DNA of 56,064 bases, counting the filler, from Platydemus manokwari (lineage: Eukaryota), in assembly GCA_037951405.1 (NCBI GenBank). It is 5 parts of 5 records of this genome, joined end to end, with 100 filler letters (N's around TTAATTAATTAA, not from the genome) between each part and the next. Parts side by side here need not be neighbours in the genome. Positions count along the whole stretch, not along the records: positions 19,898 to 37,324 come from JBBMOY011077742.1; positions 37,425 to 46,545 come from JBBMOY011296317.1; 3 more parts are not named here. The stretch is one strand, 5' to 3'. A model generated the notes under the pieces. It was not told the DNA's origin. It was given only the letters and a program-made list of their open reading frames with translations, and ran no database searches. Position 1 is the stretch's first letter, and every line of letters starts with the position of its first letter. The position numbers and the translations under genes are program-made. Positions 25,445-41,420 of this stretch are shown piece after piece.

Positions 25445-28400
25445 ATTACGTGATTCATAACTTTTTACTTTTGTATTACTTTTATAAAATTGTAAATATA
25501 AAATGAATTATTCGCTTACTGTTATGATAAAATATTGCATTTCATTCGGATGAGAAAATATTTTTTATAATTATATAACAATAATGTTTGGTTTTGCTCA
25601 TTCAGTTAATAATGTCAAGTATAAGTCATTCTTTTATTAAATTAGTGATTTTAATTATCGATGTCAAGTATGAAGTCAATACATTAAAGATTTAAGTTTA
25701 AATAAAAATGATAGTAATTACTTTAGCAAATTTATAATTAAAAGAATTTAGAAATTGTTAATTAGATTATTCTTGCAAAACTTTTTGATAATTAATCCAA
25801 AAAAATGGTGATTTGGGAGTTTTGCTGATATTTCAATGCTAAAATAAAAATAGCTAACTTTTAAGATTCATAGATTTGACAATAATTAAAAAATTAAATT
25901 AATGGCAATTTCAATTTTATGTTTAGTACCAAATTAAATTATGTAAAAGTAAATATTTTATTCATCCGAAGCTGCAATTTGACATTTTAATAATTTTTGA
26001 CCATTTAAATTTTGAAATTTCTTTTACCAGACTTGTTCAAACTTTAATGAGATGAATCGTCGTTTATGCATAATCTTATGTTATTCCGTTCTTTAAATTC
26101 AAGGAGTAAACTGGAAAAGATATTAAAAGAGGACATATTTATGAAATTTTAAAATTTTGTGAGATTGTTACGTTCTAATCTTATTGATTTTATGGCTTTA
26201 TTAATCTTATTTCTATTTGATATCACTAATTGTCTTTAATTATGTATCAGAGGTAATTGTGAATGCTGCCTCATATAGGCAGCAATGAATCACTTGTTGA
26301 AATTCTTTACGATTATAATTTAATGCCATGGATTTTTCGTTTTCATTTTAGAATTTATTTATCACGGACAGTAGGTCTCTGCGATTGAATTAATTATACA
26401 GAGGAATTCTCTCTGTTTAAATTTATTCGACTGAATATTTTATCCACTGCATGCATTTATTGTACGTGATACTAGGTGGCAATTTGTCACTGTTATTGCG
26501 CGATAATTTATTACGGGTTGTTATTTTATGAATAAATTTATTAGTCAGGGAATTTTAATTGGTTTTTGTTTAACGGTTTTTATTGACATTATTATTTTAA
26601 TATTCATGGATAATAATTAGGAATTGTTAAGTCATAAAAAATAAGCACTGATTAATTAAAAATTAATGCACATGTAATACGTATTGTTATGCGTAAAAAT
26701 ACAATTGTCATAAAAATTGATATACAAGGGCTTGAATACAACGTGAATATTTACTGACGGATTCTTTTGCTGAAATAGAGTCGATATCACAAGCCCGCAA
26801 GTATTATTCATTGCACATAAGCTTTCACCTCAATATAAGTTATGTATATATTGAATTCATTTTATATTAAGGCTGAAGTCAATCCACTAACATATTTATA
26901 ATTAATCATCGATAAATTAATAAAGCTTACTTTTCTAATTTATGCATCCAACTCATATTCGAAAGGAATCAAATTATTGGTGGGAACAGTGTCATATTTC
27001 AATTCAATATTTCATTTAACAGAAATTGTAATCAATTAATCATACAAATCATACAAATCAAGTTTAGTAGTTACAGGAGCCTTAGTCCTAACCAACAATC
27101 AACTATTTTGAGAAATCTTACTGGTATATCCATAAGAACCCGAATAAACTACCATTCTATCCTAATACAATCATATAATATAAAACAACTAAACAACTTT
27201 TTATTGGCTACAATTCAGTATCTTGATAATTTGTTCAATTATTATCTGTCTATTGTATTTGATTTAACAATCGTTGTTGTTGTGATCCTAATTATATAAT
27301 TTTATTTATCATATTGTTATTTGACAACTCAAATTCATAAAGTTCATAATTTTATTTACATATACCTTATTGAATCAGGTGCACTATTAAATTATATTTA
27401 TCATTATAATAGAGGTCAACTGTTAATGAGGTTTGACACTTAATTATTTAAATCATACTAAATATCTTTTTAATCACATAAAGCCAACAAAAGAATAGGA
27501 CGCTATTTAACACGTACCCATCTCCTCATACAAGTTGCTTAACGATCAAGAAAATAAAATATTAAGTAAGGTGCAATTACTTTGAACTTTAAGGACTAAT
27601 CAAGCCGTGAAGCTTGTAAGTAATATATAAGTATAAAAATAATAATAAGATTAAAATTATTAATAAAGTTACAAATAATAGAAAAGTATAATACACGAAT
27701 TTTTTAACAAAAGTAACAATAAGAGTATAACAAGTTTTAATAAGCGTTTGCGAAAAATACTATTCTTTAAGGGTTTTTGACTATCGCTCTTTTCACCTAA
27801 AATGACTGAACATGACCTTTGCAATTGTAAGTTTTTATTTAACAAAGAATAAAGTTAAAGGATTTTCACAAAGCTGTTGACACAGTTTTGGGTAAAAATG
27901 ATTTTACAAAAACAAAATTTGCTCGAATTCATTTGTCAAATATATGGCTGCACAAATTGATTTGAAATAAATAATAATATAATATCCTTGATTGAATTGC
28001 CCAAAACGTTAAACAGAAACATATACTATAATATCGATAATTGTACCAAGTTAAATGCTATCTACGGTGCTTTGATTAATTATGTTGGGTTTGTCTTCTC
28101 CCAGTCTTTATGAAATGATAAGTTCTGTTCGTGCTTTATTTATTTTAACTGGGATTTTTTAGTCAACAGTAATGTCTTTGTTTTAGGCATTTTCTTTGTC
28201 CAATAGATAATCGTCGTTGTTTAAAGATTTAAATTGTCTCTATTTTTGTTGAGAATTAAATTTTAGTTTGGAGTTATTATTCTTTGTTTAGAATTTTTTC
28301 TGTTTAAATTTGCTTTATCAATTTTGAAGGTTTAAATTTTTTATTTTATTTGTTAAAATATTTTCTTTATATTATTTTAATATGCGTATTCCATAGACTC

Positions 28401-29393
28401 CAATGAAAATCTGACTGATTGAATAAGGTTTATTTATTATTAACTAATTATTTTTAATTGTGAAAGGCTGAGATATGATGCAAGTGCTGATTCTTAATTG
28501 TGAAACAAAAAATTAAAAGGCATTGGCAGAACATAAATAATTTTGACAAATAAACAGTGCAGCAGAAATTCTCGATTGATTGATCTTTGAAATCCTAATC
28601 ATAAATTTAAATAGTCAAAAACAAAAAATTAGTTTCGATCATATTAGTAAACAATATCTTTATAAAATTTATTATTAGTTAATAAGAAGTTTCGAAAGGT
28701 AGACTGTTCTAGATCTTGTCTTTTTACTATTTTTGTGAAATTGATTGTGAAACACTTGAAATGCAAGATTGAAGTATAATTTTAATTAAGCAGTGTTGCG
28801 TTTTATTCTATCAACAAATAACTTTAAATTTAATATCACATCGAGCTACAAAAATGTGAATTAATATCACCAAAAACCCAAAAAATATTTATAATTCAAA
28901 TAAAGCTGAAATAAAAATTAAGATTTTTAGACGAAAATGATTTGTTCTACCCCAATGCACTAAATTATTGATAACGTTAACATGTTATGATAATTGTTTC
29001 ATTTAAAACAAATATAATTTTTATTCAATTATTTAAAGATTCCGATTATCATTTGTGGATCCAATCAGCAAATTAAATTGGATCATAATGTTTACTAGAT
29101 CTTAATATTTTTTAATATCTTCTGAACAATTAGAAATTATCAATTCACATTATTTGAGTATATTAAAACAATGATTCAGTTTCAAGTCTTATAATAATCA
29201 TGTTTTAAATTACCTTTAAATTCAAATTGTATAAAATTAAATTGATCAACAAAAGATTGATTTTATTCTAAATAAAATTTTCATTTTATCGAAATATTAA
29301 ATTTTATTGAAAGAAATCCTTATATCAGATTATAAAATGAAGGTCATCAATACCATCACAAAGTTTGTAATAAAACTGTCAGCCTTGTTCGTT

Positions 29394-32300
29394 TCAATAG
29401 CTAAATATGTTATGCAATTTGGCAACTGTCAAACTGGAACCTAAAACAGGTATTTGCTTGTCGATTTCAAGATTACGAGTAAAATTTATGCATCCAATTT
29501 CATTGTTGTTGGAATTCTTCGATTCGACGTTGTGGTGTGATGAATTCCAGATTTTATTGAATAAGCAATCTTCATTGACAATTGCTCCCTTGTCGCGCTT
29601 CAGCTGAAATCGAGTATAAATTTTTATTCATTATTGTGACCACAACAAATAAGAATACCATATCAAATTGGGATTTAAATCGTGATTTAGTGGATAATTC
29701 ATTCAAATACAATTTATCAGGATTTTTATTGGAAAGGTCCACCACTTTTATTGCACTCAGATGAGAATAGATATCACGAAACAATCGTTCCGATTCGTTG
29801 ATTGCCGAAGTAAGGTTTTCAATCTTAGTAAAACGAGAATCGAGTCGATTTGATCCATTAGTATTTGCGTTTGGTTTTATTGGAATGGACAGAGGTTTCA
29901 TTTGATTAATGTGTTTCTGCATAATGATTAATGGAATTATTTATATGAATTAATTAGAATTAAATAATTACTAATCAATGAGAGCAGTTATGAATTATCA
30001 AAAAATAGGTAGAGATGAAAATAAATTATAATTTATAAATAAAAAATAAAATATCGATCTTTAATTAATAACATAAAAGCCAAGAATCTACCGTTGATGT
30101 AACCGATCGTAACCGTAAATTTTCATTGCGTAAATTTTGAATTATAATTCGCAATGTTTGGATTTCATTGACAAATGCTCCTATCTCATGATTAGCAGCA
30201 TCAGATTGATCAGATGACACTTTGGCACCTAAAGAACGAATATTTTTTGAAGATCATTTAAAACAATGAATTTACTCGAAATATTGATGTTATCCAGAAA
30301 ATTTCGCTTCTTAGTTTCTTTAAGTTGCCTTTTTAATTCTTCTTTCTGAGATTCTAGATGATTGATGTCAGATTGTAATGCTTCTGACGTTTGATCGAGC
30401 TCCCTATATATAAGAAAAATGTGAAAAACGCTCAGAAATTTAGACATTCTATAAAGGTCAGACTGATCAAAGTGATACATAAAATTATCAATCTTTCGAA
30501 GCTTTAAAATTGTCAAGTATATTGTTCTAATCGTCAAACTGGTATATTAAATCTGTTATAAAAATAATCTGAGACACTGATTGATTATTATACAACAAAG
30601 CAAAATTTCACCGAAGTACAATTATTATATCCTCAACAAGTTTTATTTATTAAATAATTATTTTAATTTTATTATTATTATACTACTTTCATTAAAATAA
30701 ATGTTTACGCCTTTCTCATTAACCTTAGATTTCACCAGACTTATTTATAATCGAATATTTCCAAAATTTTGGAAAGCGCAACAATACTGATTAACAGATA
30801 TTGTATGAAGCTATTTTATTAATATAGCAAAAGTACAGATACTTTCCAAAACTATTAAAATCCAACATAAAAGAAGCTCATTATATATCTGTCAATAATA
30901 TAGATATCATTAATAAACGAGTGAATATAAAAATAAAGTCATTATATATAATATCAAAGCATCGATTATTGATTAATTTGAAAATATAAAAATTAATCAT
31001 ACTTTTCTTTACGAATTAAAGCTGCCTTTGTTTGTTCAAGTTTTTGTTCCAATCTTTCAATGATTTCATCTTTTTCTTTAACATTCGTTGACAATTTCTT
31101 TTCGACAATATTTAAACGAACAGACATTTCACTTAATTCGTCCACTTTCATTTTTAGATTCACTTTAGCTTGACGCAGTTCTTCATCTTTATGTTCCAAT
31201 TTGTAACAAGTATTTTCCAATTCTGACAATTCATTTTTGAAATTTAATGCAATTACAACTATAGGTTCATCAGTCTGAATTTACTGTAATCACAACGAGT
31301 AATCATTAAAACACTAATAGAAACCTTAGCTGGTGTTCCATCAAAATCATATTCACCATGTTCCAATGAATTAGATATGTTAAGTGATACTTTTAAAATG
31401 TTTTCGGTATTGGAAAAAATGGGCTGAGTAGTCGATATATTGCGTATTTCCATAAATTTCTCAATATATTTATACACTGTTGAAAGATTCAACTGTTTTG
31501 CATCATCCTATTTTTCAATAAATCAATATTATAATTTTTTGATTAAAAATCATAACATAAATAATCACACAGATCTTTAAAAACCATATAATAACCGAGT
31601 AAATATGAGATTCGGATACATTTAAGAAGCAAAAAGATTGTCAAAGGTACAATCGATCAAAACTATTTCTATCGCAATCGATATATGTTCATACAAAATA
31701 AGCAAAACCATAAAATTTGTAGTCGTTTTGTAGATTAAACATTGATTATTTAATAAAATATCTGATATGTGATTCATGTCTTTATGATCTTGCTATATCC
31801 AAATTACGTAACTCAAAATTTTAAGCACAACTTAATAATATAGCCAAACAATATTCAAATCGATTAAATGAATATTGTAAAACCAATCATATTACGAGGT
31901 ATATGTTGCTATGTAAACCAAATATAATTACAAATAGTGCTCATCAGTGATAACGAATTTCAGTGCAATGGCTATGTGTGCCAGTTCACCGATGAACGAG
32001 TGCTATTCGATACTAATATGCAGAAAGGACCAGAAAATCGATATAACGGTGAATTATCTGTTAAAATTATTCTCGGTACAATCATCAAACTCTCAGAATT
32101 GCTAAAAGTTAAAAAAATTTCCAACAAATCATAGCTACCTCATCATTGCAAGAAGCCAATTCCAGAGAAAAACTAGTGATGATCTTCATGATTGCCGATA
32201 GATCAGTAACACATTTATCCAAGCTGGTTAACAAGTTATTTGAAAATTGCAATGATCCACTATTGACCAAATGCTTACGAATATTTTTCGTATTGGTTTT

Positions 32301-35300
32301 CAAATCAATACCGAATTGTTGCAATTTGAATGCAAACTCATAGCTTTCACTATCTTCTTTGTTCTAGAGAAGATATTGTAAATTTTCAAACCGACTTTCG
32401 AAATCGAAAAATAAACACTAACATATTTCCTCAATGAATTCATAATGTATTTGCAACAATATTCCATCGATTCAGCACCACACATCATGATTTTAATGAA
32501 ATCATTCAATTTCACATTATAATCCGGCTGTTCATTGACAAGATGAACTTGATAAAATGTTTGGAAATAATTTATCGAACGTTCCAATGGTTCCAATGAA
32601 CTGTTCTCATCCAAATTTCCTTTCTTCAACAAATCAATTAAATAATCAACAGATTTCTCATTGGGACTCATTTCAATGAATAAAGAACCCAATCGACTGA
32701 ATGTCGATAATTGGCAAGAATTTAACGTTCTGAATATCAATCATTACCACCATCGCATAATTCTTGAAAATATACTTTTTATAATGTCGAAGAATACTGT
32801 ACCAGGTGCTCAATAAATATATCAATTTATAATAATATGAAATCGATTCTGGTGTCACTGTTGGTACGACTGATTCTGGAGTGTCGACAGTTGGAATGGA
32901 AAGAAATTTCTCCTTAATCTTTGAAAAAATGTTTAAAGTAAATATTTGAATAGGAAATACTTGATTAGACAAGAATTCTATTTTGAAAATCAGCTTGTCA
33001 ATTAAGAGAATCATCATTATTGAATCGTTGTCACTACCGGTTTTAAAGAATTTGTCCGGCAAGAATTTTTCCAACATTTGTACGTGATTAGTGGTCTGGC
33101 TTACTTCGAGTTTTTGTAATTCTGATTCAATTATCTAAATGATCACAGACAATAGAGACTCAATGAAACGTATAATATTTGCTAACAGTTGCTATGGTTT
33201 TCGTTTCATAGATTTTCGTCTTATAGATCTCCGATGATTTTTCCAGAGCTATTTGGTGTTGATTTTTCGATGATTCGGTATTACTATCAGCTTGCTGTTT
33301 CAGATCTTTGATCTGATTTTGTAAATCCTTAACGAGATCTCGAAACTTTTCAATGGTATCTTCATAATCTAAGATGAATTCATTTTTGGCAACAAGAGCC
33401 TGATTCAATTCTTGAATGGTGACATCTTTATTAGCTATTTCAAATTTCAATTCGCTCATCAAGCTAGCATTGTTTTCATTAATTTCATTGTTCATGTCAC
33501 ACAATTCTTCCTAAATCATAAGTTAAAATCACCACATACACTTTACAATAATCATCACCAATTCCACTTTGGCTTCTTCTAGAGCTCTTACACTTTCTTC
33601 GAGAGTTAAATTTTTTTCTGTCAAATCGCTAACCATTTCATCTGCACCGAGTGCACTATCAACTTGTTCTTTTAATTCTATTATGCTTTCTTGACAATCT
33701 TTCAAATCAACTAATAATCTATCGCGTTCTTTAACACATTTTTCAAGTTCACCTTGCAATCGGGTAATCTTAAATTTCGATATAATAGAAATGTCATCAA
33801 AAAATTTTAAATACTTCTTTGACATTTTTTTCATTTTCCACTTTTTGATTTTCACTTATATCGCGCATTAAAATGATGGCATCTCTCAATTTGGAATTTT
33901 GTGATTTTAACATAACTAATTGAGCTTCATCACTAACAACGTCTAAAAGAGCAAATTTATATTATAAATTCAATACATATTTTCTGTTAGCAATAGGAAT
34001 ATTTGTGATATACATTTTTAAAATGCTAAAAACCCTTGCGTTGCTCATTTAATCGGTTTGAAACTGTTACACTAACTCTTTCCTTTAGTATATGCACCTT
34101 TCTATGTAAGATCTGATAATTACATGCACGTTCAAAAGGAAAAAATGTCAAAATTTCACAATATTAAAGTCAGATATACTAAAAAATGTGGTATATATGG
34201 TTTAAATAACAATATTCAACAGGGACCGTTATTCAAATATATCTAATTTTCTAACCATTTGACTTGGCGATTGTCATTTTAAGCAGTAAAGATAAAAGTC
34301 AAGCAGACCAAACAATATCATTTACTGAATATTGTTTATTCGACACCAACTAATCAGAAATATTTCAGAAATTATAAAGCATCATTATCAAAATACTTAC
34401 AAATAAGTCATAATTTCTCATAAATTGCCTAGTAATGCTTTCTAATATATTATATCATGAAATCGACAAATATTGTTTCAGTATGTAAGAATAATTAAAA
34501 ATGATCGAAATGGTTCCTATAGAGATTTTTCTTGGAAGAGTGTACTTTATTCAAAGGTATTAGAAAACTTAAATTTTATTGATTTTGTCACTAACAAAAA
34601 CGACGAATATTTATTAAGATTGAGCACATTAAATTGTTTAAAACAGGAAAATTGTTGCTGCTTATTTGTCTGTATGCTTGATTGGCATACATAATAATGT
34701 AAACAAATAACCTGCCAAGCAAAGCAATATTTTAGTTTCTAAAAATTATTTAGGGGAACATGTTCTGATATTAAATCAAGTTCTAACATAATAATGTAAG
34801 GAATTATTTCTATTTATTTCTATTAAACATTCAAAACAGTAAGAAACATAGTACATTATTTGTAATTTCTTGTACAGTTTTAACTATTTTATTCTAAAAA
34901 GAAATACTTAGTTCTGAAAGAAGAGTTTGACTTGGACTATTTATAAAGTTAAATAAAACAAAAGAAATACAATTGTAATCTCTGAGTCATGAATCTTATT
35001 GTATTTAGAGTTATAAATTGGGAAATATATTTAAAGGTATTAATATGGTTGCCAAGACCTAGCAAATTGTTAATAAAACGCATTGTGCAGCAAAAAAACA
35101 TAATAAAAAATCGATAATTTAAAAATTAAATCTCATACATCCATGATAGACCTTAAATTTTTTAAAAAATATTTTTTGGGAGACAAATGTTCTTATTGAA
35201 ATGGAAAACTTGTTCTAAAATTGAAAAATCATTGTAAAAAATAAAAATAATTTCAAAAAATAACATTATTTATTTGGATATATATATATATAATTAATCA

Positions 35301-37051
35301 AATGAGTTTGTCATATTTATAAAAATAAAAATATTTGAAACAATATTTTAATAAAAAATTATAATTTTATATTATATTTAATTATAATTTATAATTGAAA
35401 ATAAAAACAAATCTCACAAAAAATTATAAAATATTCTAATGAGAACAAATGAATTATAATGAAAATAGGAAATATAACGAAAATATAATTTATACATTGG
35501 CATTTAACAAATAATTTTACAATCAATTATTGAATCGGGGCAACAGGAACATTTGGCAAAAGATATCAGAATTATATAAAACATTGAGAATAATTATAAA
35601 TCAATTCTACATGATTATTTGTAAGGAATTAATTAAAAATAATTGAAAAATTAATTAATAAATAAATGAAAAAACTTAATTTATTGTGCTAAATAAATAT
35701 TAAATAATCAATTTGATCTCACCTTGTGAGCCACCTTTCTCCAATTTTAAAATTTCATTTTCCAGGCTTATTTCCTCATTTTTTGATTTTAATAATTCTA
35801 TTTCCGAACGATAGCTATCCAATTTTTCTTCCGCCATTTCTTTGTCAATGGTTAACATTTCAATATTATCCGCTAGAGTGGCCGTTTCTTCTCGATAATT
35901 GTCAAATTCTTCCGTTAATTTAGCATAATCCTGAATGGAAATAATAATTATTAACAATGTTGATAATAAATAATTATTATAAAACGATATCATTTCATAT
36001 CATATGATTAATCATACATTAATAATATTGATAATAAATAAATAAAAGAGGCTCTAATGATAATAATAGTTTTTATTCATTATTAATAACCGTATTTTAA
36101 TTATCACCTGTTTCACTTTATCCAAGCCTCTTTGGTATTCTGCAGCTTTTTCTTGAATGTGCTTCTTATTCTCTTCTAATTGTTGTACTCGCATTTTTAA
36201 TTTCTCATAATCTTTCAATTTTTCTTTGTCTTCACTACGCTTGATTTGTAAGGTTTGCAATTTTTCCATTAAGTCCTGCACTTGTTCATCGTGACTGGAT
36301 CCTTCCTTCAATTCGATTGGTTTATCTGCTTTTGACTCGGTTTCCTACAATCAGTTATTGATTTTATGTTAGAAATAGTTTACTTGATAAGTATTCTCAG
36401 GGATCTCCTTGACTTCTTCTGTAGGAGTCACTGCGCTAGTATTTTCATCTACAAACAGTTAATTTATATTTTAATTGTTTAGCCTTAATAATGTCATATA
36501 TGGCCTAAATCAGCTGCATGTTTTCGTGCAAGCAATAATTCTAAATGGAATACTTACTCAAAATATTATCAAATAATAAATTTACATTAATTCGGTCTAA
36601 AATTAATTTCAATAATTCAAAATTTTAATAAAAATTTTAAAATTCAAAACAATGAAATATACTTTTAATAGCTGTTGGTTTACGCAAGGCAGATGGTCTT
36701 GCTATCTTTGAATCAGTACTAACTGGTTCATCAGTTTCTATTTTAGTCAACTTAAAATGGTTTTTTGAAATAAATTTAATTTGAAGAAAAATATATACTT
36801 GTGTATTTCTTACAAAGATACCGTGATTTTTTTCACATTTAAAATATGATTTCCCAGCTACAGAACCATCATTTTTCCCTTTGGGTGTATCTAATTTAAC
36901 TCCATACCAAGTACCTGTTAAATATTCTTTAAATAAAGTTAATTTTTATCAAAATTTAACCAGCTGCAAAATGAGTAGTTCCTACATACTCAACTGTTCC
37001 TTTTAATGTACCATTATAAAGAACTACGTCGCTAACTTTGAAATCTGACAT
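29394..37051 (-). CDS. DCTN1: Dynactin subunit 1 (p150Glued), multi-exon
   Basis: ATG at 37051. CAP-Gly exons read YVGTTHFAAG|TWYGVKLDTPKGKNDGSV..YFKC..HGIFVR. Coiled coils include KRSEDKEKLK, IEMLTIDKEMAEEK and LKEQVDSALGADEMV..LTEKNLTLEE. Also GEYDFDG, ELSEMSVRL and AIKVVDLS. Stop TGA at 29394-29396 after KLHNIFSY. Confidence 0.95.
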
Positions 37052-37324
37052 ATAATTAAAATATTTTCAAGTTTGTTGTTTAAAAATATTTACAAATTAG
37101 ATAAATTAAACAAATCTAATTTATAAATAAAATTTTGTATTATTAACTCTTTATCCTCAAATAAGTGATTGAAATGTTGAATTCTCAAGAATGTGCTACA
37201 TATTACATTTTTATAATTGTATTTTGATCTAAAACTATTAACTTAATTATATATTATTCTAATTTAGTTTAACAATGTAATAAGCAGGAGTTTGTTTCTT
37301 GAGAATTTTTCGAAGCTATCTTAC

Positions 37325-37424
37325 NNNNNNNNNNNNNNNNNNNNNNNNNNNNNNNNNNNNNNNNNNNNTTAATTAATTAANNNNNNNNNNNNNNNNNNNN
37401 NNNNNNNNNNNNNNNNNNNNNNNN
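37325..37424. other. Artificial contig linker
   Basis: 44 N + TTAATTAATTAA + 44 N. Confidence 0.97.
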
Positions 37425-37739
37425 ATTTCAGTGCACATTGTATCAATGATTGCATCAATATTGATTGTAAGAAATCAAAAACACAATAACTCACACTATG
37501 GAAAACTGATTCAGCATTGATATCAGGTAATAATAAAATAAGAGACCAGTAAAACATTATAAATGAGAAAGATCAGCTAATCTTTCAAATATATCTGATT
37601 TGTAAATGTATGTTTATTTTGTTTGAAATTTCATCGGCTGTATGAGTTTTGTGCCAAAGCAAAAAAATTCTTTTCTGCATTATGAGGTAATCAATAAAAC
37701 AATAAATCAATATTTATCATAGATTTTTTATCATAGACC

Positions 37740-39580
37740 TTGTTTATAATTTTGCTTTTCTACAATCATCGATATAATCACTGTCACAGAGTGATCGATC
37801 CACAGAACAAGTTAGTAATTTTGATAATTGCTTTGGTATGACAAAATGACACAATAGAAATGTAAGTAATGACAACATTAATCTCGAAAACCTAGTTTTC
37901 TTTATTATAAATCCAGTGAAATATTTAGGTGTGTAGTGAGAATCCACATTTGTTTAAAAGATTGATTTATATTTTGACTAATAATGTTAATTTGAGCTTG
38001 ACGATTTGATTGCGCATTGATAGAGTGTTACGGGTGTTTAAATGATTATCAAAATTGTGATTGGATCATCATGAATTCTTGTCTCAATAACAATGAAATG
38101 ATATTCAATTAAAGTACCAAGAAAACTATTTAGAATATTCTCGAACACATTGATTTTCATTATTATCAAACGATTAATTAACTATTTTTTTACATTGTTG
38201 GCATTAGTGAATCAATAATATTGAAAACAACAAAGAAGCTGATCTAATTTATAACACTTACACATAAAAGTGATAACATCATTTAATTTATCAGAAAAAT
38301 TCAGATAAATTAAACAATTATATTAAAGTCAGAGGACCACCATATACTATTTGCATAATTATCTTCATTAAACACATTTTATCCAAAAAAAGGAATCATA
38401 AAAGAAACCAAGCGATCAGATAATCAGATGAAAATTAATATACATTTTTTTTATCATTTCCCTCTAAATAAAATACGCTTGATTTCTTGCGTTTTAATTT
38501 TGTCCCATCCTTATTTATTTCGTACTCCTATTATTCATACGACGTCTGTTATTTTTCCTTTATTACCAGATGAAAACGATGCAATATAAACTTTCTTTTC
38601 TCCAATTTATTTTAAGGAAATTCCATATTATTATTAGATATATTATCGTTATAATTTTTTTTTAATGAAAATAAATCTTTTAATAATAATGATAATTATA
38701 TTATTGAGATTTAAAATTATATCTTTGATTAGATTTTTGTTTATCTGATTTTACTATTGTTTTCACTTGTATTTAATGCATGGAATTAAGTTTTTTCATG
38801 TTTTGATTTATTAGAATCAGAAATGCATTTCTAACAAAATTGTAAAAAATAAAATGAATTTTTATTTCAAAATTGGAATATATATGGGACCAAAATAAAA
38901 GATATTTTAATCATCATAAAAATATTTCCTAACGGTCCATATATTCATGTTTTAATCAATAAATTTGCATACTCTCTTACCATTTCTCCTTTATTCTCTT
39001 TTAATATCATTAATATTTTCTTTTGTATCTTACTAACATTGCATGATCTTGAACAATTTCCTAATTACATTTCAGTCTATAACATGGGTAATCTTCTGCA
39101 CATGATTTTTGAATCTTAACTATGTGCATTGGTCAATTCACATCATCCAAAAATTCCAGGGTTGATCAGGCGTTTTTGTAAGCATACTTAAACAAGGCAA
39201 AAAATAAAAATAGTGAATAAGTTATACATTGCATTGTCATAAATCCAAAATATTTAAGTGTGTAGTAGGAATCCATATTTGTTTAAAAGATTGGCTTATA
39301 TTTTGAATAATGATGACCTTTTGATGTTGAAGACTTGATTGTGGATTAGTGGAGTGATAAAGTTGTTCAAAAAATTATCAACACAGTGATTGGATCATCA
39401 TGAATTCTTAATCAACTTAATAACAATGAAATGATATTCAATTAAAGTGTTTAAAATAAGTATTTAAAATTAAATTTTTGATTGGATATTTTCACCTCAA
39501 ATTTAATTTTGGAAATAGAATATGTATGGGGCCAAAATAAAATATAATTTAATAATCATGAAAATATTCGTATTATAAAA
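37740..39580 (-). mobile_element. Two tandem decayed piggyBac-like transposase fragments
   Basis: Duplicated blocks 37907-38115 ~ 39238-39447 and ~38870-38930 ~ 39512-39570. Minus strand reads QNISQSFKQIWIPTTHLNILD (cf. N..F...Y.P...LSIDE) and KTPDQP..FWMM (cf. KP.KYGIKFW.LC). Confidence 0.5.
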
Positions 39581-39769
39581 TATGACTTGTTTGAATCTGT
39601 CGAGGAGTACAATTACTTTTTAAAATGTCATTATTCGCAAATTTTTTAGATTGTATTAATTATTTCAAAAATAAATCAAATTCTAAAACATGGATTTGTA
39701 AATGATTTATTAAAAGGGAGTATAAGAGACACATATTAAAAGAGCAAATTAAGCTTGGTAAACCAGTCC

Positions 39770-40250
39770 TATCAAAACTTTCCAAGATTTTATTAATTAT
39801 TTATTTTACAACTTTGAATTTTCCTCAATTTCGACATGATAATTTGCTTGAACTAAATATATCATGAGAAAATGTCGCACCATACGCTAAGTCTAATAAT
39901 GTTTGGATATCAGGTACCGGGAAAGAATATCTCATGATCAGAAACACAAACACAAACATATTTCAGAAACACTTCCCGATTGATTAATCTTTCTTTAGTC
40001 AACAACCAAAGAAGAGTTTCAATAGGTCTTGCAAGGTGTTATGACATTACTTTCTAGAAGATTATCTATCAATTCTTGAATCTTTATTTTTGAATTTATT
40101 AGTTGCATTCTAGTGTTCTACGCAATAGGTGCATCCTTTTGTCAGATCTGGTGCTTCATTAAATATGTTAGTCTAAAATCGAAACGAGACGCCTTAAAAG
40201 TTAAACCATTTTCTTTTAAAAACCTATTCAATTAAATATCATTCTTATCA
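39770..40250 (-). mobile_element. Ty3/Gypsy reverse transcriptase relic
   Basis: IQELIDNLLESNVITPCKTY*NSSLVV...YSFPVPDIQTLLDLAYGATFS...NYHVEIEENS matches the Gypsy RT N-terminal motifs. Frameshifted. Confidence 0.75.
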
Positions 40251-40639
40251 GCAATACTCTTCAGCGTTATTTCGATTCTATCTTCGTATTTCTTTTCGAG
40301 GTTTTTGATATCGATTGATACCAATAAATTAATAGTTAATTTTCCCTCATTTTTTTAAAATAAAATATTTTCTTATGATTTATATTTCTGTTTAAGGTTA
40401 ATTCAATCTTCATGTTAGCAAACGGCCCATTGTAATTCTGTAAAATTCAAAATATGTGTTTTAATAGAAATTCTCCTTTGAACTTGTTTTATGAATTATA
40501 AAAAGCTTTCTTCTAAAATTCTTATTATCTTTATACGGATCTTCTTTATTTTATCTGGAATCCAATCATGTTAATTCACCAGTTCTTTCATCAGATTGAT
40601 CTAATAATACAATTCTTATTATACTAGATATTTCCCCAT

Positions 40640-41420
40640 CATATGGAATATTTCCAATTTCTGTACTTCCTAATGTTAATCACAGGGTATCGAATAAAGA
40701 AGAAAATTGATTAATTTCTACAATGATTTTGAAGCCTTCTTTTACATCAGTAGCACTTTTGTCCTTTTTAAATAAATTTCAATTTCATATCTTAAGAAAC
40801 TATTACAAATATCTAACGGATGTGGAATATGAAAGCATTCAAAAGCAATGATAGCAGATTTATTTAAATCAGTTCATGTTATTGCTGATGGATAAAAAAT
40901 ATATAAATTCTCTTTTGTAAAATTATGTTTAAATTTATAAATATTTTTATCTAATTCACTAAATATTTTGATGAATAAAAAAATCTTTTAATTAAAATAT
41001 TTCTTTGCATATATCTTATTTTTTGTCATTTTATTCATATATTCTAATTTATATAATTTTATTAAAATAATACTCTTGTAGAATTATTGAATTATTGTAG
41101 AATTATTATTGAAGCATTATTATGTCCACCTTATTTAGCAGCGGACAATTTTCTAAATTCATAAAATAATTTTCCATTGGATTCACCAGAAGCGACGACT
41201 TTAGATGATTATTATTCAATGCTGTTCCTGATGTACACGGAAAATTTTCAATTTTAGAATTATTTTGATTCATTCTTTTTAACACCTTTAAGATCTCTTG
41301 AATATTTATTTGATGCAAATTGTTGAGCAGAAATTCTTGTTCTCCTTTAAACGTCTAGATGAATATCGATATCTTAAACAAGGAAGTGGCCTTACTTTTT
41401 AGTTTTTCTACATCTACCCC
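40640..41420 (-). mobile_element. Possible non-LTR RT relic
   Basis: Weak motifs AIT*TDLNK, AFECFHIPH and VKEG in RT order. Heavily decayed. Confidence 0.3.

Noticed and set aside
26250-26520. tgctgcct/aggcagca hairpin and NYRAITV LINE-like motif
   Set aside because: A single 8-bp stem and one short motif; insufficient support.
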